A stretch of 64,000 bases of DNA from Macrostomum lignano. Lineage: Eukaryota. Position numbers and translations under genes: made by a program. The stretch lies in the NCBI GenBank assembly GCA_002269645.1, contig NIVC01002203.1, positions 1 through 64,000 of the forward strand, given 5' to 3'. Of this stretch, positions 1 to 29,937 are shown in pieces. Numbering within the stretch: the stretch's first letter is position 1; each line of letters opens with the position of its first letter. Below the pieces are notes generated by a model. That model saw only the letters and a list, made by a program, of their open reading frames with translations, did not search any database and had not been told where the DNA came from.

Positions 1-393
1 ATTACTGTTTCATGATCTGAGAGTGCCGCACGCATCTTAGCGTTCGCATTTTCGCACTGCAATCCAAAAGCAGTTTTGGTTCTGCATTTAAAAATAGTTT
101 CGACCAAAACATCACGTGCGCGCCAGGTTCTTGTTACTGGCATTACATCATGCTACTTCAAGTAGACAATAATACTTAAGCGAATCAAATAGAAGTTAGT
201 GGAGGTTTCTCTTCAACGTGCACCCGATGAAATCTGAGGTCAAAACAATTAAAGAGGTCAGGAGGCAAAACGTTTATATGGGACCAGACTGGGACCTGTT
301 GGTCAGAGAGAACTCTATTCAACTCTATCGGGGAAGATGAAAAGAAACTGCTACTATTATTTCTGTTGCAGTTGCTTTCATTCTTCATCCGCA

Positions 394-1357
394 GTGGAGT
401 TCGAGCAGAGGTCAGCCTCAGCCAGTGCTACTTGTTCCCGAGAGAGGCCCTGCGACTCCTGTGTGGCCGACTACAGCAGCAGCCGGCTCACCAAGTACTG
501 CTTCGCCTTTCCAAGAAGCCGCACCTGCACCACAGAGCCTGGTCGGCTGGACTATGTGAGACAGCTGCGGGACAGCCTGAACCGCTACTGCCCTGGCGCC
601 TTGCCGCCTGTCAGGCCAGTCACCGCGGTTGCTATGGAAACAGCCACAACAACAACAACGGGAGCGGACTCTAGTGTTGCTATGGAAACAACCACAACAA
701 CAACGGGAGCGGACTCTGGTGTTGCTATGGAAACAACCACAACAACAACGACGGGAGCGGACTCTGGTGTTGCTATGGAAACAACCACAACAACAACGAC
801 GGGAGCGGACTCTGGTGTTGCTATGGAAACAACTACAACAACAACAACGGGAGCGGACTCTGGTGTTGCTATGGAAACCAAAAGAACAACGGCAGCGGAC
901 TCTGGTGTTGCTATGGAAACCAAAAGAACAACGGCAGCGGACTCTGGTGTTTGCTATGGAAACCAAAAGAACAACGGGAGCGGACTCTGGTGTTGCTATG
1001 GAAACAAAAACAACAGTTAGCCCAAATTCTGGAGCCGCCAAGACAATCAGCACTCAAAGCAGCAGCCCGGATGCAGATTCAAACGCAACCAACTCAACAA
1101 CAATAGAAGAACGCTCTACCGACACGGAAGCGCCTGCAAACTCAAATAGAGCAATTTCAACACCTTCAATCACTTCCGAATTGGTTGCAAATGACGTCAT
1201 AAAATCTACGGTTCCCATGGCAACGAAAAGCCCTGAACAGGTCAACGAGGAGCCCATTCTAGTCGAGGAGACTGAGACAGTCATCAAGACAGTGAGGAAG
1301 CTGTGGCCGCGTGGCAACAAGTCGGGAAGCTTCATCAAACTTTGTAGCAAATTTTAA
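394..1357 (+). CDS. Probable terminal coding exon of an unknown protein: Cys-rich segment followed by Thr-rich VAMET(T)nGADSG repeats and a Ser/Thr-rich tail; contains a +1 frameshift at ~949
   Basis: Acceptor-like ttcatccgcag|TGG at 393/394. ORF 337-1020 continues into ORF 629-1357 across one extra T in a repeat unit (ggtgtTtgctatgg), which may be an assembly indel. Stop at 1355-1357, AATAAA at ~1540. Upstream exons lie outside the window or were not identified. Confidence 0.5.
628..1005 (+). repeat. 42-48 bp minisatellite, 9 units, each containing GTTGCTATGGAAAC (one unit has an extra T)
   Basis: Units begin at ~628, 676, 721, 769, 817, 865, 907, 949 and 992. Confidence 0.9.
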
Positions 1358-1699
1358 TGCAGAAATTCAATATGTTTGTGCTTTTATTCCAGTTTAAGTA
1401 ATTATCCATTAATCTGAATGTTATTTAATCAAGTACCGATAGCTAAAATAGTAAGAGTACAAATGGGGTATAGGTGTTATAGTAATCATTAATTAGAGTA
1501 AGCTAGCCAGATAGGCACAACTAACCCTTGCCCACTCAAAATAAAGTAACAATAATTACACTATATATAGCGATTGTAGCGATGACACTATACGCTTGTA
1601 CTCCACAAGCAATTAATCATATCTACATCATCACTAGCACTGGGGGGAGCAGAGCAGCTTAGCAGCTGATGCGTCTGTCTCTCGCGCTCGTCTGAGTGT

Positions 1700-1891
<192 letters not shown>

Positions 1892-2452
1892 TTCTTCTTC
1901 TTCAACCGTTTTGTCGCGGCGTACGTGCCCTGCGAGCCACTATTCTCCTCTGCACTTTTTCCTGTGACGCGCCATGTTCGTCAAGGCTAGCATCTTTCCA
2001 CAATCCGGACACGGTCCGGTCTTGCTCCTATACACGCGGGCTGTTACGTTCTGCTCCTCTGCTACCTGTTGTTCCTCGTGCTGTCTGCAGTTCCTCCTGT
2101 GTCTGGATAAGTTCGATTTAGAGACGGTTTTTCCACACGCATTGCAGGTGATTCGGCTTCCTTGCACCTCTTCCCCGCGGCATGCCTTCATGTCTTGAAG
2201 TCCCCGCCGCACTTCGGGCACGGCAGACTGGCTCTGGTCATCACGTGGTGCATGCGGCGCTGGTGCCCTTCCATGGTCTCCTTCCATCTTGTTCGATCAC
2301 GAACTAGCCGTTCAAGATCGAGTTCTTCAACCTTAGCATTTCTTAGCAGTTTCTTCCAGAACGAGATGATGGTCTGTCTTCGGTGCTTCGCTTTCCGAAC
2401 TCCTTCTGGGTCTTTACTCCATCCGAGAACGCACTGCTTCGCTAGGTTGTCA

Positions 2453-4351
2453 TCATGGTAGCCGTAGCACGTGCCCCATTCTCCTCCAGTGTGCCATCTC
2501 AATTTTTGTTGAGATGCTGGTGACTCTAAGATCGTCGCGGACATCCCCGCTGTTGGCACCTTTCTCTTTCATTTCTTTTAGAGGTGGCTTCGTCTTGCTG
2601 CTCCATACGTAACGATATAAGCGGTCCACCGTTTTCTGGAGCGTTTTAGTTTCTGACTTATGGAAAAGCCTGGCGCCGCAGTTGAAGAGCATGGTGCTCT
2701 CGACGCAGGCCTCAACGATCCTAGCTTGGGTTCTCTTAGTAAGTCTAGTCTTTCTGAGCATGTTCCGAACTCCGGCTAATGCTTTCGGGGCCCTCTGCAA
2801 TCTTTGTCCAATATCATTTTTGCGTCCTAGCCAGGTGCCGAGCATCCGTATGTTGTTATTGCTTTCAGTCCCCAGGACAGCGCTCTCTTCTTTGTCATCG
2901 TTAGTAATTTCCTCGAATTCTTTCATTACCTCGTTTATAATTTTTGTTCCTCGCTCAATTTCGTTCGTAGCTCCGATAATCGTTGTATCGTCGGCGAAGA
3001 AAGAGCACGACACGGTTTTCGTTGTCGTTTCCTCATTAAATTTATCCAATCGTTGCGGGGGGAGGCTATGCCCTGAACGACAAGTCCAGCGGATTCCAGC
3101 TATTTCGCCGTCGCTAATGGCCGCGGTTTTTCTCTCTTTCTCGGCAAGGCGTATTGCTGCTTGGTGATAGACGTTAAAGAGTATCGGGGAAGTGGCGCAT
3201 CCTTCTCTTAGACCACGCTGGGGTAGAAGGGTGTGCTCTCCTCGTTGTCCGATATGACTACGTCGTTTCCTCGTGCAGGTCTTTGATCTTGTCAATAATT
3301 CTCGTTGGCATTCCAGCAAGAAGTTGCCTAAAGGGTATGCTTTACGAAGGTCAAGCAGCTTGATACTGGAGTCCAGGTTGTCGGTATGGTCCGGGCTGTC
3401 GCGCAGTTTGCTGGCGTCCTCGTTGAGGCGCCAGATAATCTGAGTGGCGTCCATTGTAGACCGGCCACTGCGGAAGCCTGCCTTGTTCTCATCGAGTGCG
3501 CCAATGTTTTCTGCCCATGCGCTGATTCTTGTTGCTAGGATCCTTGCGATTATTCTGCTAACTAGCGGTAGCAAGCAGATGCCCCTGTAATTGTTCGCGT
3601 TGGCTTGGTCTCCTTTTTTGAAGAGCGGGATGATTTGACTGATTTTCTGATTCTCTCTCCAGTCTTTGGCTGGTGAGTTCCCCAGATGGTGGATTTCCTT
3701 TCTAAGCGATGTTTTCGCCTCCTCACAAGCTTCCTTGATGTACCTTATTCTTACTCCATCAATTCCTGGTGCTCCGTCTTGAATCTTCATCCATTCCCTC
3801 TCGATTTCTTCGTCTTCTAGCGGTGCGTCTAGCTTTTCGTTGGCGTCTCTAACCGTCATGCTGTCCGGTTCGTGAGCTCGTTCCGTTCTGAGTATGCTTT
3901 CTTTGATCAGTTCAGGGGGGTTCTCGTATCGTGAGGCTTGTAAAGTTTCTAGATGGTCTTTAAAATCTTCCGCCAAGAAGAGTGGTGATGCTTTGCTACC
4001 ATTTGCGTTTTGTTGTGTCGCTCTTCCCATCTTCCGCAGACAGTCGTACATCTCTGCGATGTTGCCACAATCACAGTGGTGTTTACATTTATCGGCAATG
4101 TTGACCCACCAAGCATCTTCCCATTCTTGCAGCTTCGTTTTCTTGATCTGTCTGCACACTCTAACGTGTTCGATTGCTGTCGCGATCCTTGTCGTGTTCT
4201 GGTCATCGTCAGGAGACAGGCGTGCACGATCTCTCGCTTGGTCCCGGGCGCTGAGGGCTCTAGCGAGGTTGATGTTGAGCTCCTTCAGTTCCTCCTCATG
4301 TCCAACCATCCAGCTGTTGGTTTGTCTGGTTCTCGGTCCGCATATTTCCAT
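2453..4351 (-). pseudogene. Reverse transcriptase portion of the element A ORF
   Basis: 632-aa ORF with non-LTR RT motifs. Local frameshift around 3300-3230 and frameshifts at both ends. Confidence 0.85.
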
Positions 4352-5661
4352 TGCGTTTTCAAGTAACTTTTTTCGGTCATTTCCCAGTTCATTGCCTCGT
4401 CCCTTTCTCGATTTGGTTCGGCTGTCTCTTCTGTATGTTCAGGTGTTGCTAGCCTCTCCTCTGTCTTCTTCCGAAAACTCTCTTTCACTTCTGGGTCACG
4501 GAGTCTAGTCCATTCGACCTGTTTGGTCTTTGGTCCTTTATGTTTTTGATTATTGTTGGTGTTCCTGGCATTGGGCTGCTTGATGGCGGTGCCTGGTAGC
4601 ACAGACAGCACTTTCGGCAAGTGGTCTGATAGCAAGGTTTCCGAGTGGTCTGTTGAGATTCGTCTCACCATTTTGTGACGGTCTTCCTTGCGCATGGCAA
4701 AGCCATCCAACTCGTACCAGGTGCCCGTGCGGGGGTGTTTCCAAGTTTCGGGTTTGTTCTGGTGATAGTAAGAGCTGACCCACACCATCCGTATGCTTTC
4801 CAACCAGGTTAGGAGGTCGGCGCCTTGTTGGTTGGTCAGGCCTTGGCGGAAACTCCCGGCGCTTCCATACTTGTGATGCAGTCTTTTTCCGACGTTAGAG
4901 TTTCAGTCACCTCCGATGATCATTGGTGAGTTTTGACCTATGGTGTTTAGCAAACGTTCAATTTCCGTACAAATGATTTCCATGTCTTCTTCGTAGGCTG
5001 GACTGTCTTTGATTGGTTGGTAGATCGTCATCACCACTGCTCCGCCAATTTCTATTGCAAGCGTTCTTTCTTGTGGGTGCATTTTTCTTCCTTGCGAGGT
5101 CCATAGGGTCCAGGCGGTGTTCCTTAGCAGAATGCCCACCTTCTGTGAGAATATTAGGTGGCAATCCTCGCCATCGCAGTGATAAGTTCTAATGCCTGTC
5201 GATTTAGTGTCGAGTTCAGTGAATAACGTTAAGTCCCATTTCCGTTAAGCCAGCTTGACCATCTCACCGAAATGCCCCGACATGATGTTAGCCCTTTGTG
5301 CGTTCTAGATGGCGATCTTGATTGACTCTTCTTTCCAACGTTTTTCGGCCAATTCCTGTGTGTGTGTTCTTCTTGCTGTTCTGCGTCTCTCCCTGCGCTT
5401 CTTCTTTCTGGCTTACCTGGCTCGGTTCTGTTGTCTTGTTCTTGGTCCAGGGTTCTTTTCGATCGTCTGGAGTCTGCTAGCGATCTCATTTGTCACTCTT
5501 CTTTCCTCTTCCCTCCTTCTTTCTGTCCTCGCGGGGTTTTTTTCACGTAGATCTTGTTTATAGAGGTGCCAGGGTCCGTTAATCCCTGGCCACTCTGTCG
5601 AGGGAAGGTTTGCCCACAGCTGTCAGAGGTTAGTCTGACTCTGTGGGCCTCTCCCCCCCCC

Positions 5662-5731
5662 GAATGCCTCTTTGCCAACCATTTGGGCTGTCCACTCGGC
5701 ACCTCGAGAAGGTGGAACATTCTTGCCGAAC
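5662..5731 (-). ncRNA. HDV-like self-cleaving ribozyme fold at the 5' end of element A
   Basis: Minus strand: P1 GUUCGGC/GCCGAGU (G1-U wobble); P3 ACC/GGU; L3 UUCUCGA; GG for P1.1; P4 CAGCC/GGUUG with flanking A and G; J4/2 CAAA with the catalytic-position C; P2 GAAUGUUCC/GAGGCAUUC (two G-U pairs, one C-A mismatch). Folded by eye. Confidence 0.8.
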
Positions 5732-5779
5732 CATCATCTTCATCATCATCATCATCATGATTATCATCATGATCATCAT

Positions 5780-6105
5780 CTTCTTCTTCTTCTTCTTCTG
5801 CCCTTTTCTCGCGTGGGACCCCGTTAGGTCGGATGGTTAGTGGTGAGCTCCACAACTTTTTCTGTGCCGTGCCAAGTTCGTTGCCGCTATCTCTCTTCTC
5901 TCTCTTCTATCTTTATCGCTCTCCTTACCTCACAATCGGTGTGTTTGGCCTTGTGTTTTTCGACGTCCGGGTCGGCTACTTCCGTCCGTCGTTTAGAAAA
6001 AGGGCCGGTGCGACAGTCCGGGGTTTCTCTCGTGGCTGTCGTCCGTGCGTCTTCTCCCTTGCAGACTCTTTGCCAGGAGTTGCCTCCCGTCCGCTGGCCT
6101 CCTCG
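5780..6105 (-). mobile_element. 3' fragment of a related non-LTR element (B) with (GAA)6 tail
   Basis: Degenerate terminal finger ...AATNLARHRKSCGAHH*, short 3' UTR with GCGAGAAAAGGG, then a GAA tail. Confidence 0.65.
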
Positions 6106-6112
6106 AGAATCT

Positions 6113-6195
6113 TTATCTCTATCTTTATCATCATCATCATCATCATCATCATCATCGTTATCATCATCATCATAATAATAATAATCATCATCTTC
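6113..6195. repeat. (CAT/AAT)n tract between elements B and C
   Basis: Direct reading. Confidence 0.9.
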
Positions 6196-7775
6196 TTATT
6201 TGGCTCTTTTATCGCCGTGAGGCATGGGTCCCGGGGCTCTCTAGGTTCCGCAATTCCTTCTATGCCTGGCCATGTAGGTAGCTGCTAACATTCGTCTACA
6301 TAAATCACACTGTCTCTGCTTGCGTATGTGTTTCTGGGCTACTTCCGCGTTGTTATCTACGGTTACCCTGAAGGTGTCGTTAGGTTGGTGCAAGTCCTCC
6401 GGTTTCGTGGTAAATTGCTCTTCGTAATCGTTCTACCGCATCCGCCGCATACAACGGAACCAGATGTTGCCTCCTTTTCTCCACGGCATGCTTTGCGGTG
6501 GTTGCGGCAGGTCGCCTCTTGTCCGAATGTCTTAGTGCACCTGTCGCACGTGAAAGTGACCGGTGTTGCTATGGTCCTACGAGTATGCATCCTTTTTTGG
6601 TGAATTGTCAATACCACTTTGCTTTTACAGATTTTGCCGCAGTCCGCGTAGTTGCAGCGATGTCCGGTTAATGTGAGTTCGTCTCTCGGTGGTGGTTGTC
6701 TTCTTTCAACGGTCAGGTCGGGCGTGATGTTCCCTTGTAACTTCTCCCATGCTTCCATGTGATTGACACGTTGTTTAATCCAGTTCCTCCATTCTTCGCG
6801 ATCTAGGACCATCCTTTCCACTTCCGTCGGTTCTAGGCCTCCTTCTCTAAGCAGCTTCTTCCAGTAATTAATCGTGTTGCCCTTCTTCCGTCGTACTTTT
6901 TGTATGCCTTCAAGACCCCGGAACCATCCGAGGACGACGCGTTTCGTCTGGCGGTCGTCGGGCATTCTCAGGACATGTCCCATGCGGATCAGGTGAGCTT
7001 TTTCAATCTTGATGCGTATTGAGCTCACTTGTAGTTCTGATCTCACATCCTGCATATTCATACCTTTGCTCTCCATTTCGCGTAGCGGTTCTATGGTCTT
7101 CGTGCTCCAGATGTGTCGGTAGATACGATCTACGACCCGCTGCAGTGCCTTGATTTCTGATTGGTGCCACGGGCGGATGTTGGCGTGGAAGAGGGCCACG
7201 CTCTCGATACAAGCTTCGACAACCTTAGCCTGAGTCTTTTTGGTCAGACGGCATTTAGCGAAGCGTCTTTTGATAGTCAGCCAACTTTTGGTTGCTCTTT
7301 TTATGCGGTTGCTTAGATCTGTGGTTCTTCCAGTCCAGCTTCCTAGCATTCTGATGTTACCTCCTTCCGTTGTGCCGATATTCATCTCTTCCTCTTTATT
7401 GTCGTTAAGCCGTTCTTCGAATTCCGACATGACTGCCTCCAGTCCATCGGTTATTTCGCCGCGATTGCCTATCAGCGTCGTATCGTCGGCAAACAAGGCA
7501 GTTTGAAGGCTGTGCGTTCGCATCTCGGAGTTGTATTTACTTACTCGCTGCGGTGGTACGTAGTGCGTGTCCGGTCGGGTAGGCCCATTCGATTCCGCAA
7601 ATGTGTTGCTTTTCGTCGGCCAACTGTTTACGCCTTTGCTCTCCTTATGCTGGCTTGGTGATAGATGTTGAAGAGCACGGGGGACGTGGGGCACCCTTCA
7701 CGGAGTCCTCGATCTGGGTACCATTCCTCCCTTGTCCCACCTTTACCGTGTAGGCCGTATACTCATGTAGGTCTT
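6190..7775 (-). mobile_element. 5'-truncated RTE-type element (C): RT C-terminal half plus zinc fingers
   Basis: GLREGCPTSPVLFNIYHQ (~7700-7650), LFADD, CNYADCGKICKSKVVLTIHQKRMH, CDRCTKTF..HRKAC and CGGCGRTITKSN in ORF 6363-7694. Terminal CDLCRRMLAATYMARHRRNC at ~6315-6250. Clearly homologous to A but divergent. Confidence 0.85.
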
Positions 7776-7789
7776 GTCATAATCTTCTT

Positions 7790-8198
7790 CTTCTTCGTCC
7801 CGTTCTCGCCCGGAGGGCATGGGACACCGAGAGCTACGTGCCTCTGCACGTTCTTTTGTGTCTTGCCATATTAGTTTTGGACAGCTCCCGACCACAGTCT
7901 TCACACTTTGCTGTCTCTGCACGATACTTTCTAGCAGCTGTCCGACCCGTCTGGTTGTCTCCTGTTGTTGTTGCCCTTGTTGTCGCCGTTAGCGTTGCCG
8001 TCGCCGGTGTGGTCGTCGATGTTCCTCTCTCTTGACTTTCGATCGCGACTGCCGCTGCCCCTCTGCATGTTCGCCTGTGCCTCGCCAGATTGGATTTCGA
8101 TACCATCGTCTCGCATCTGGTGCACCTTACTGTTTTGGCATTCATTTCTGTTTCACCTTGGCAAGTCTTTCTGTGGTTGAGTAGTGTCGCTTCTTGTC
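7790..8198 (-). mobile_element. 3' fragment of a related element (D) with a 14-bp TSD
   Basis: ORF 7834-8145 with CTRCETMVSKSNLARHRRTC and CEDCGRELSKTNMARHKRTC. GAA tail. Direct repeat GTCATAATCTTCTT at 7776-7789 and 8199-8212. Confidence 0.75.
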
Positions 8199-8345
8199 GT
8201 CATAATCTTCTTTTTCTTCATCATCATCATCATCATAATTATCATCATCATCCTCCTCATCATCACCATCATCATCATCATCACCATCATCCTCATCATC
8301 ACCATCATCCGCACCATCATGCTCATTATCCTGGTCATAATTATC
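8199..8345. repeat. Degenerate (CAT/CAC/CCT)n tract at the 5' end of the retroelement stack
   Basis: Direct reading. Confidence 0.85.
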
Positions 8346-8657
8346 ATGTCAACTTAATTTTGTTATCAACAATAAATCATTCATGCATAAAGCATATCAT
8401 AAAATACCGTTAGCAACTGACATTCCCAGGCTACAATAACGCACCACAGAGAAATCGACTGCGTGACTGCACCTCTCTGAATTGATAAGGAAATCCGCGA
8501 AGTTCCCCAGACTAAGCCAATCAGAATCCAGCATAAGCGAACCTGGCTTCACCTCCCCTTCTCACTCACTCAGCGCAGAAATGCTTGAAATTCCGATGGC
8601 AACGAGTTCCCTGTCCGAATGCGGATTCCGGAAAAAAGAAACACTGACACCGCATTC

Positions 8658-26936
<18,279 letters not shown>

Positions 26937-27176
26937 CTAAATTCTAACCAAATCTTGATGGTTAAACGCTTTACCGCTTCAGATTAGATGTATTGTGCAG
27001 TGATATACTCTATTTAAAAGTTCTACAACAGGTAGAATTTAATTGGCACAAGCTGTTTAAGCTTTGAAACGAATAGGTGTGCCACTCGTGCCACGATAAA
27101 AGTTTGACGTTGGATGGCTACATAATTTAGAGAAGTCACAGATCACAAAGTGACTGGCAAGACTTTTCGAGCTTGT

Positions 27177-27348
27177 CAGTGGCGGTGCAGGGGGGGGGCG
27201 GGGGGGGGCTGTAGCCCCCGGGTGACCACCCCTTTAACAAAAAATTCTTAAAGTATGCACTAGGCCACGAGAATTTTTTTTCTCGTGGGTGGTCACGTGA
27301 CCACCCAACCACCGCCCCCCCCCCAGTGGAAGTGCTGTGCCGCCACTG
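27177..27348. mobile_element. 172-bp hAT-type MITE
   Basis: TIRs CAGTGGCGGTGCAG / CTGTGCCGCCACTG (12 of 14 match). Perfect 8-bp TSD GAGCTTGT at 27169-27176 and 27349-27356. Confidence 0.85.
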
Positions 27349-28614
27349 GAGCTTGTGAAACGCCCCTGCAAAACCTGCAGGTTTTTAATGTTGCTTACTT
27401 GTCTGTTTATTTGTTTAGGCGTAAAATATTTTGCTTTCAAAAACCAGATGAAAAACAGGGCCCATTTAATTGCTGTCTGTTTGCTTCACTTCCCTTCCTT
27501 ACCATGGCAATTTGGGGGTGGGTGGGCTATCGGTATCCAACCCCACAATTCCTACCCCCGTAGGACACCCACCTCACGCCCAAACACCACCCCCCCAATT
27601 TTTAGCTTAGTCGTTTTGTCTCTGATAGCGGCGCGATAAGAAGGGGACATAATAGTATCGTTTGATATTGATTTAGTCTCGTAATCTGTCTGTCTTCATA
27701 ATTAATTAGCTCGTGCTTTGATCAATTTAGTGTTAAAAGTACAAATTATCAGTGTTCAGCCACAGATACTAAAACAACTAGATGGCAACTTACATGCATA
27801 TGCATAGGAAAAGTTTCTACTTCCAGTTCAGTGGCAAAGAAAAATACATTTAGCTATTTTATAAAAACAAAGCCAACTGGATGACTTTGATAAGTTTACA
27901 AGCCCAGCTTTGTAACCAAACCAAAGCAACTTGCTATTGGTTCAAGAATAATGTACATTAGCCAGCACCACTGGAATGTACATTGCAGCCATAAGGCTGG
28001 AACACTGAAGAAGGCAATAAAAGTTAGGCGGCGGGCGGGGGCAGAGGTTTTGTGTGCAAAGACGCTGTTGGAGGGTTAGTAGAGGATAAGAGGGTAAAGA
28101 GCCAATAAATGAGCCTTATGTCATAAAATACAATAAAATGTTTCTGTTTAACATACTACTGAACAGAAAGTAGCTTACACGCAAATGCGCTGGGTGGCTC
28201 ATCTAGTAGTTATTCTAGTATCTGTACTTAACTTAATATTCCGGGAGTCATCATATTAGTTATATACAATTATTTATTTACATATTTATGCGCCCATTCG
28301 CACGAAATCGTCGATAGACTGATATAATTTTATTATAACCGCATAAACAAGATATGTTTCCCGGCTAAATCTGTGTATGCTCGTATTCCTTAATATAATC
28401 TAAGTCTGACTAGTCTTGTCTCCGTTATAACAATCGCTTGCTTGTCTGTAACTTGCGATGCACAAAACATGTTAATCGTTTTGAGCTATCGAACGTAATT
28501 TGAAATCATATTTTATGTAATAATTAAACAGAATCGTCTTTGAAATTTCAAATAATTGAAGTGCCAGGTCGTCTGCTGCACTTGCAGATTGTGGGCTTGG
28601 ATTCAGTTAACGAG

Positions 28615-29937
28615 AGAGGTGAGTAGGTGGAATGCAATGATGGGATGAGGGGTGGGATGCAATGATGGGATGAGGGGTGGGATGCAACGATGGGATGAGG
28701 GGTGGGATGCAATGATGGGATGAGGGTGGGATGCAAGGATGGGATGAGGGGTGGGATGCAATGATGGGATGAGGGGTGGGATGCAAGGATGGGATGAGGG
28801 GTGGGATGCAAGGATGGGATGAGAGTGGGATGCAAGGATGGGATGAGGGGTGGGATGCAAGGATGGGATGAGGGGTGGGATGCAAGGATGGGATGTTGGG
28901 TGGGATGCAAGGATGGGATGTTGGGTGGGATGCAAGGATGGGATGTTGGTTGGGATGCAAGAATGGGATGAGGGTGGGATGCAAGGATGGGATGTTGGTT
29001 GGGATGCAAGGATGGGATGTTGGGTGGGATGCAAGGATGGGATGTTGGTTGGGATGCAAGGATGGGATGTTGGTTGGGATGCAAGGATGGGATGAGGGTG
29101 GGATGCAAGGATGGGATGTGTGGTATGCAAGGATGGGATGAGGATGGGATGCAAGGATGGGATGAGGGTGGGATGCAAGGATGGGATGAGGGTGGGATGC
29201 AAGGATGGGATGTTGGGTGGGATGCAAGGATGGGATGTTGGTTGGGATGCAAGGATGGGATGTGTGGTATGCAAGGATGGGATGAGGGTGGGATGCAAGG
29301 ATGGGATGAGGATGGGATGCAAGGATGGGATGAGGGTGGTATGCAAGGATGGGATGTTGGGTGGGATGCAAGGTGGGATGTGTGGTATATGCAAGGATGG
29401 GATGTTGGGTGGGATGCAAGGATGGGATGTGTGGTATGCAAGGATGGGATGTTGGGTGGGATGCAAGGATGGGATGTGTGGTATGCAAGGATGGGATGAG
29501 GGTGGGATGCAAGGATGGGATGTGTGGTATGCAAGGATGGGATGAGGATGGGATGCAAGGATGGGATGAGGGTGGGATGCAAGGATGGGATGAGGATGGG
29601 ATGCAAGGATGGGATGTGTGGTATGCAATGATGGGATGTGTGGTATGCAAGGATGGGATGAGGGTGGGATGCAAGGATGGGATGAGGGTGGGATGCAAGG
29701 ATGGGATGAGGGTGGGATGCAAGGATGGGATGAGGATGGGATGCAAGGATGGGATGTGGGGTATGCAAGGATGGGATGTGTGGTATGCAATGATGGGATG
29801 TGTGGTATGCAAGGATGGGATGTTGGGTGGGATGCAAGGATGGGATGAGGGTGGGATGCAAGGATGGGATGAGGGTGGGATGCAAGGATGGGATGTGTGG
29901 TATGCAATGATGGGATGTGTGGTATGCAATGATGGGG
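28615..29937. repeat. GGGAT-rich ~23-25-bp minisatellite
   Basis: Unit gggatgcaaggatgggatgaggg(t) and variants; source of many spurious ORFs. Confidence 0.92.

Larger units (their letters stand above)
1892..5731 (-). mobile_element. Full-length but disrupted RTE-type non-LTR retrotransposon (element A): 5' ribozyme-like UTR, APE endonuclease, RT, C-terminal zinc fingers, (GAA)4 tail
   Basis: APE motifs IKIAI*NAQ, LTLFTE, IIGGD*N, ELDGF and SDHLP (5340-4285). RT motifs YRGICLL, GFRSGRST, DLRKAY, GLREGCATSPILFN and FFADD (ORF 2453-4351). Fingers CPKCGG..HMKAC, CNACGK..RHRRNC and CPDCGK..RHRKKC (2210-1940). Several stops and frameshifts. Clade assignment rests on single-ORF layout, repeat tail and 5' ribozyme, not on a phylogeny. 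Confidence 0.85.
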
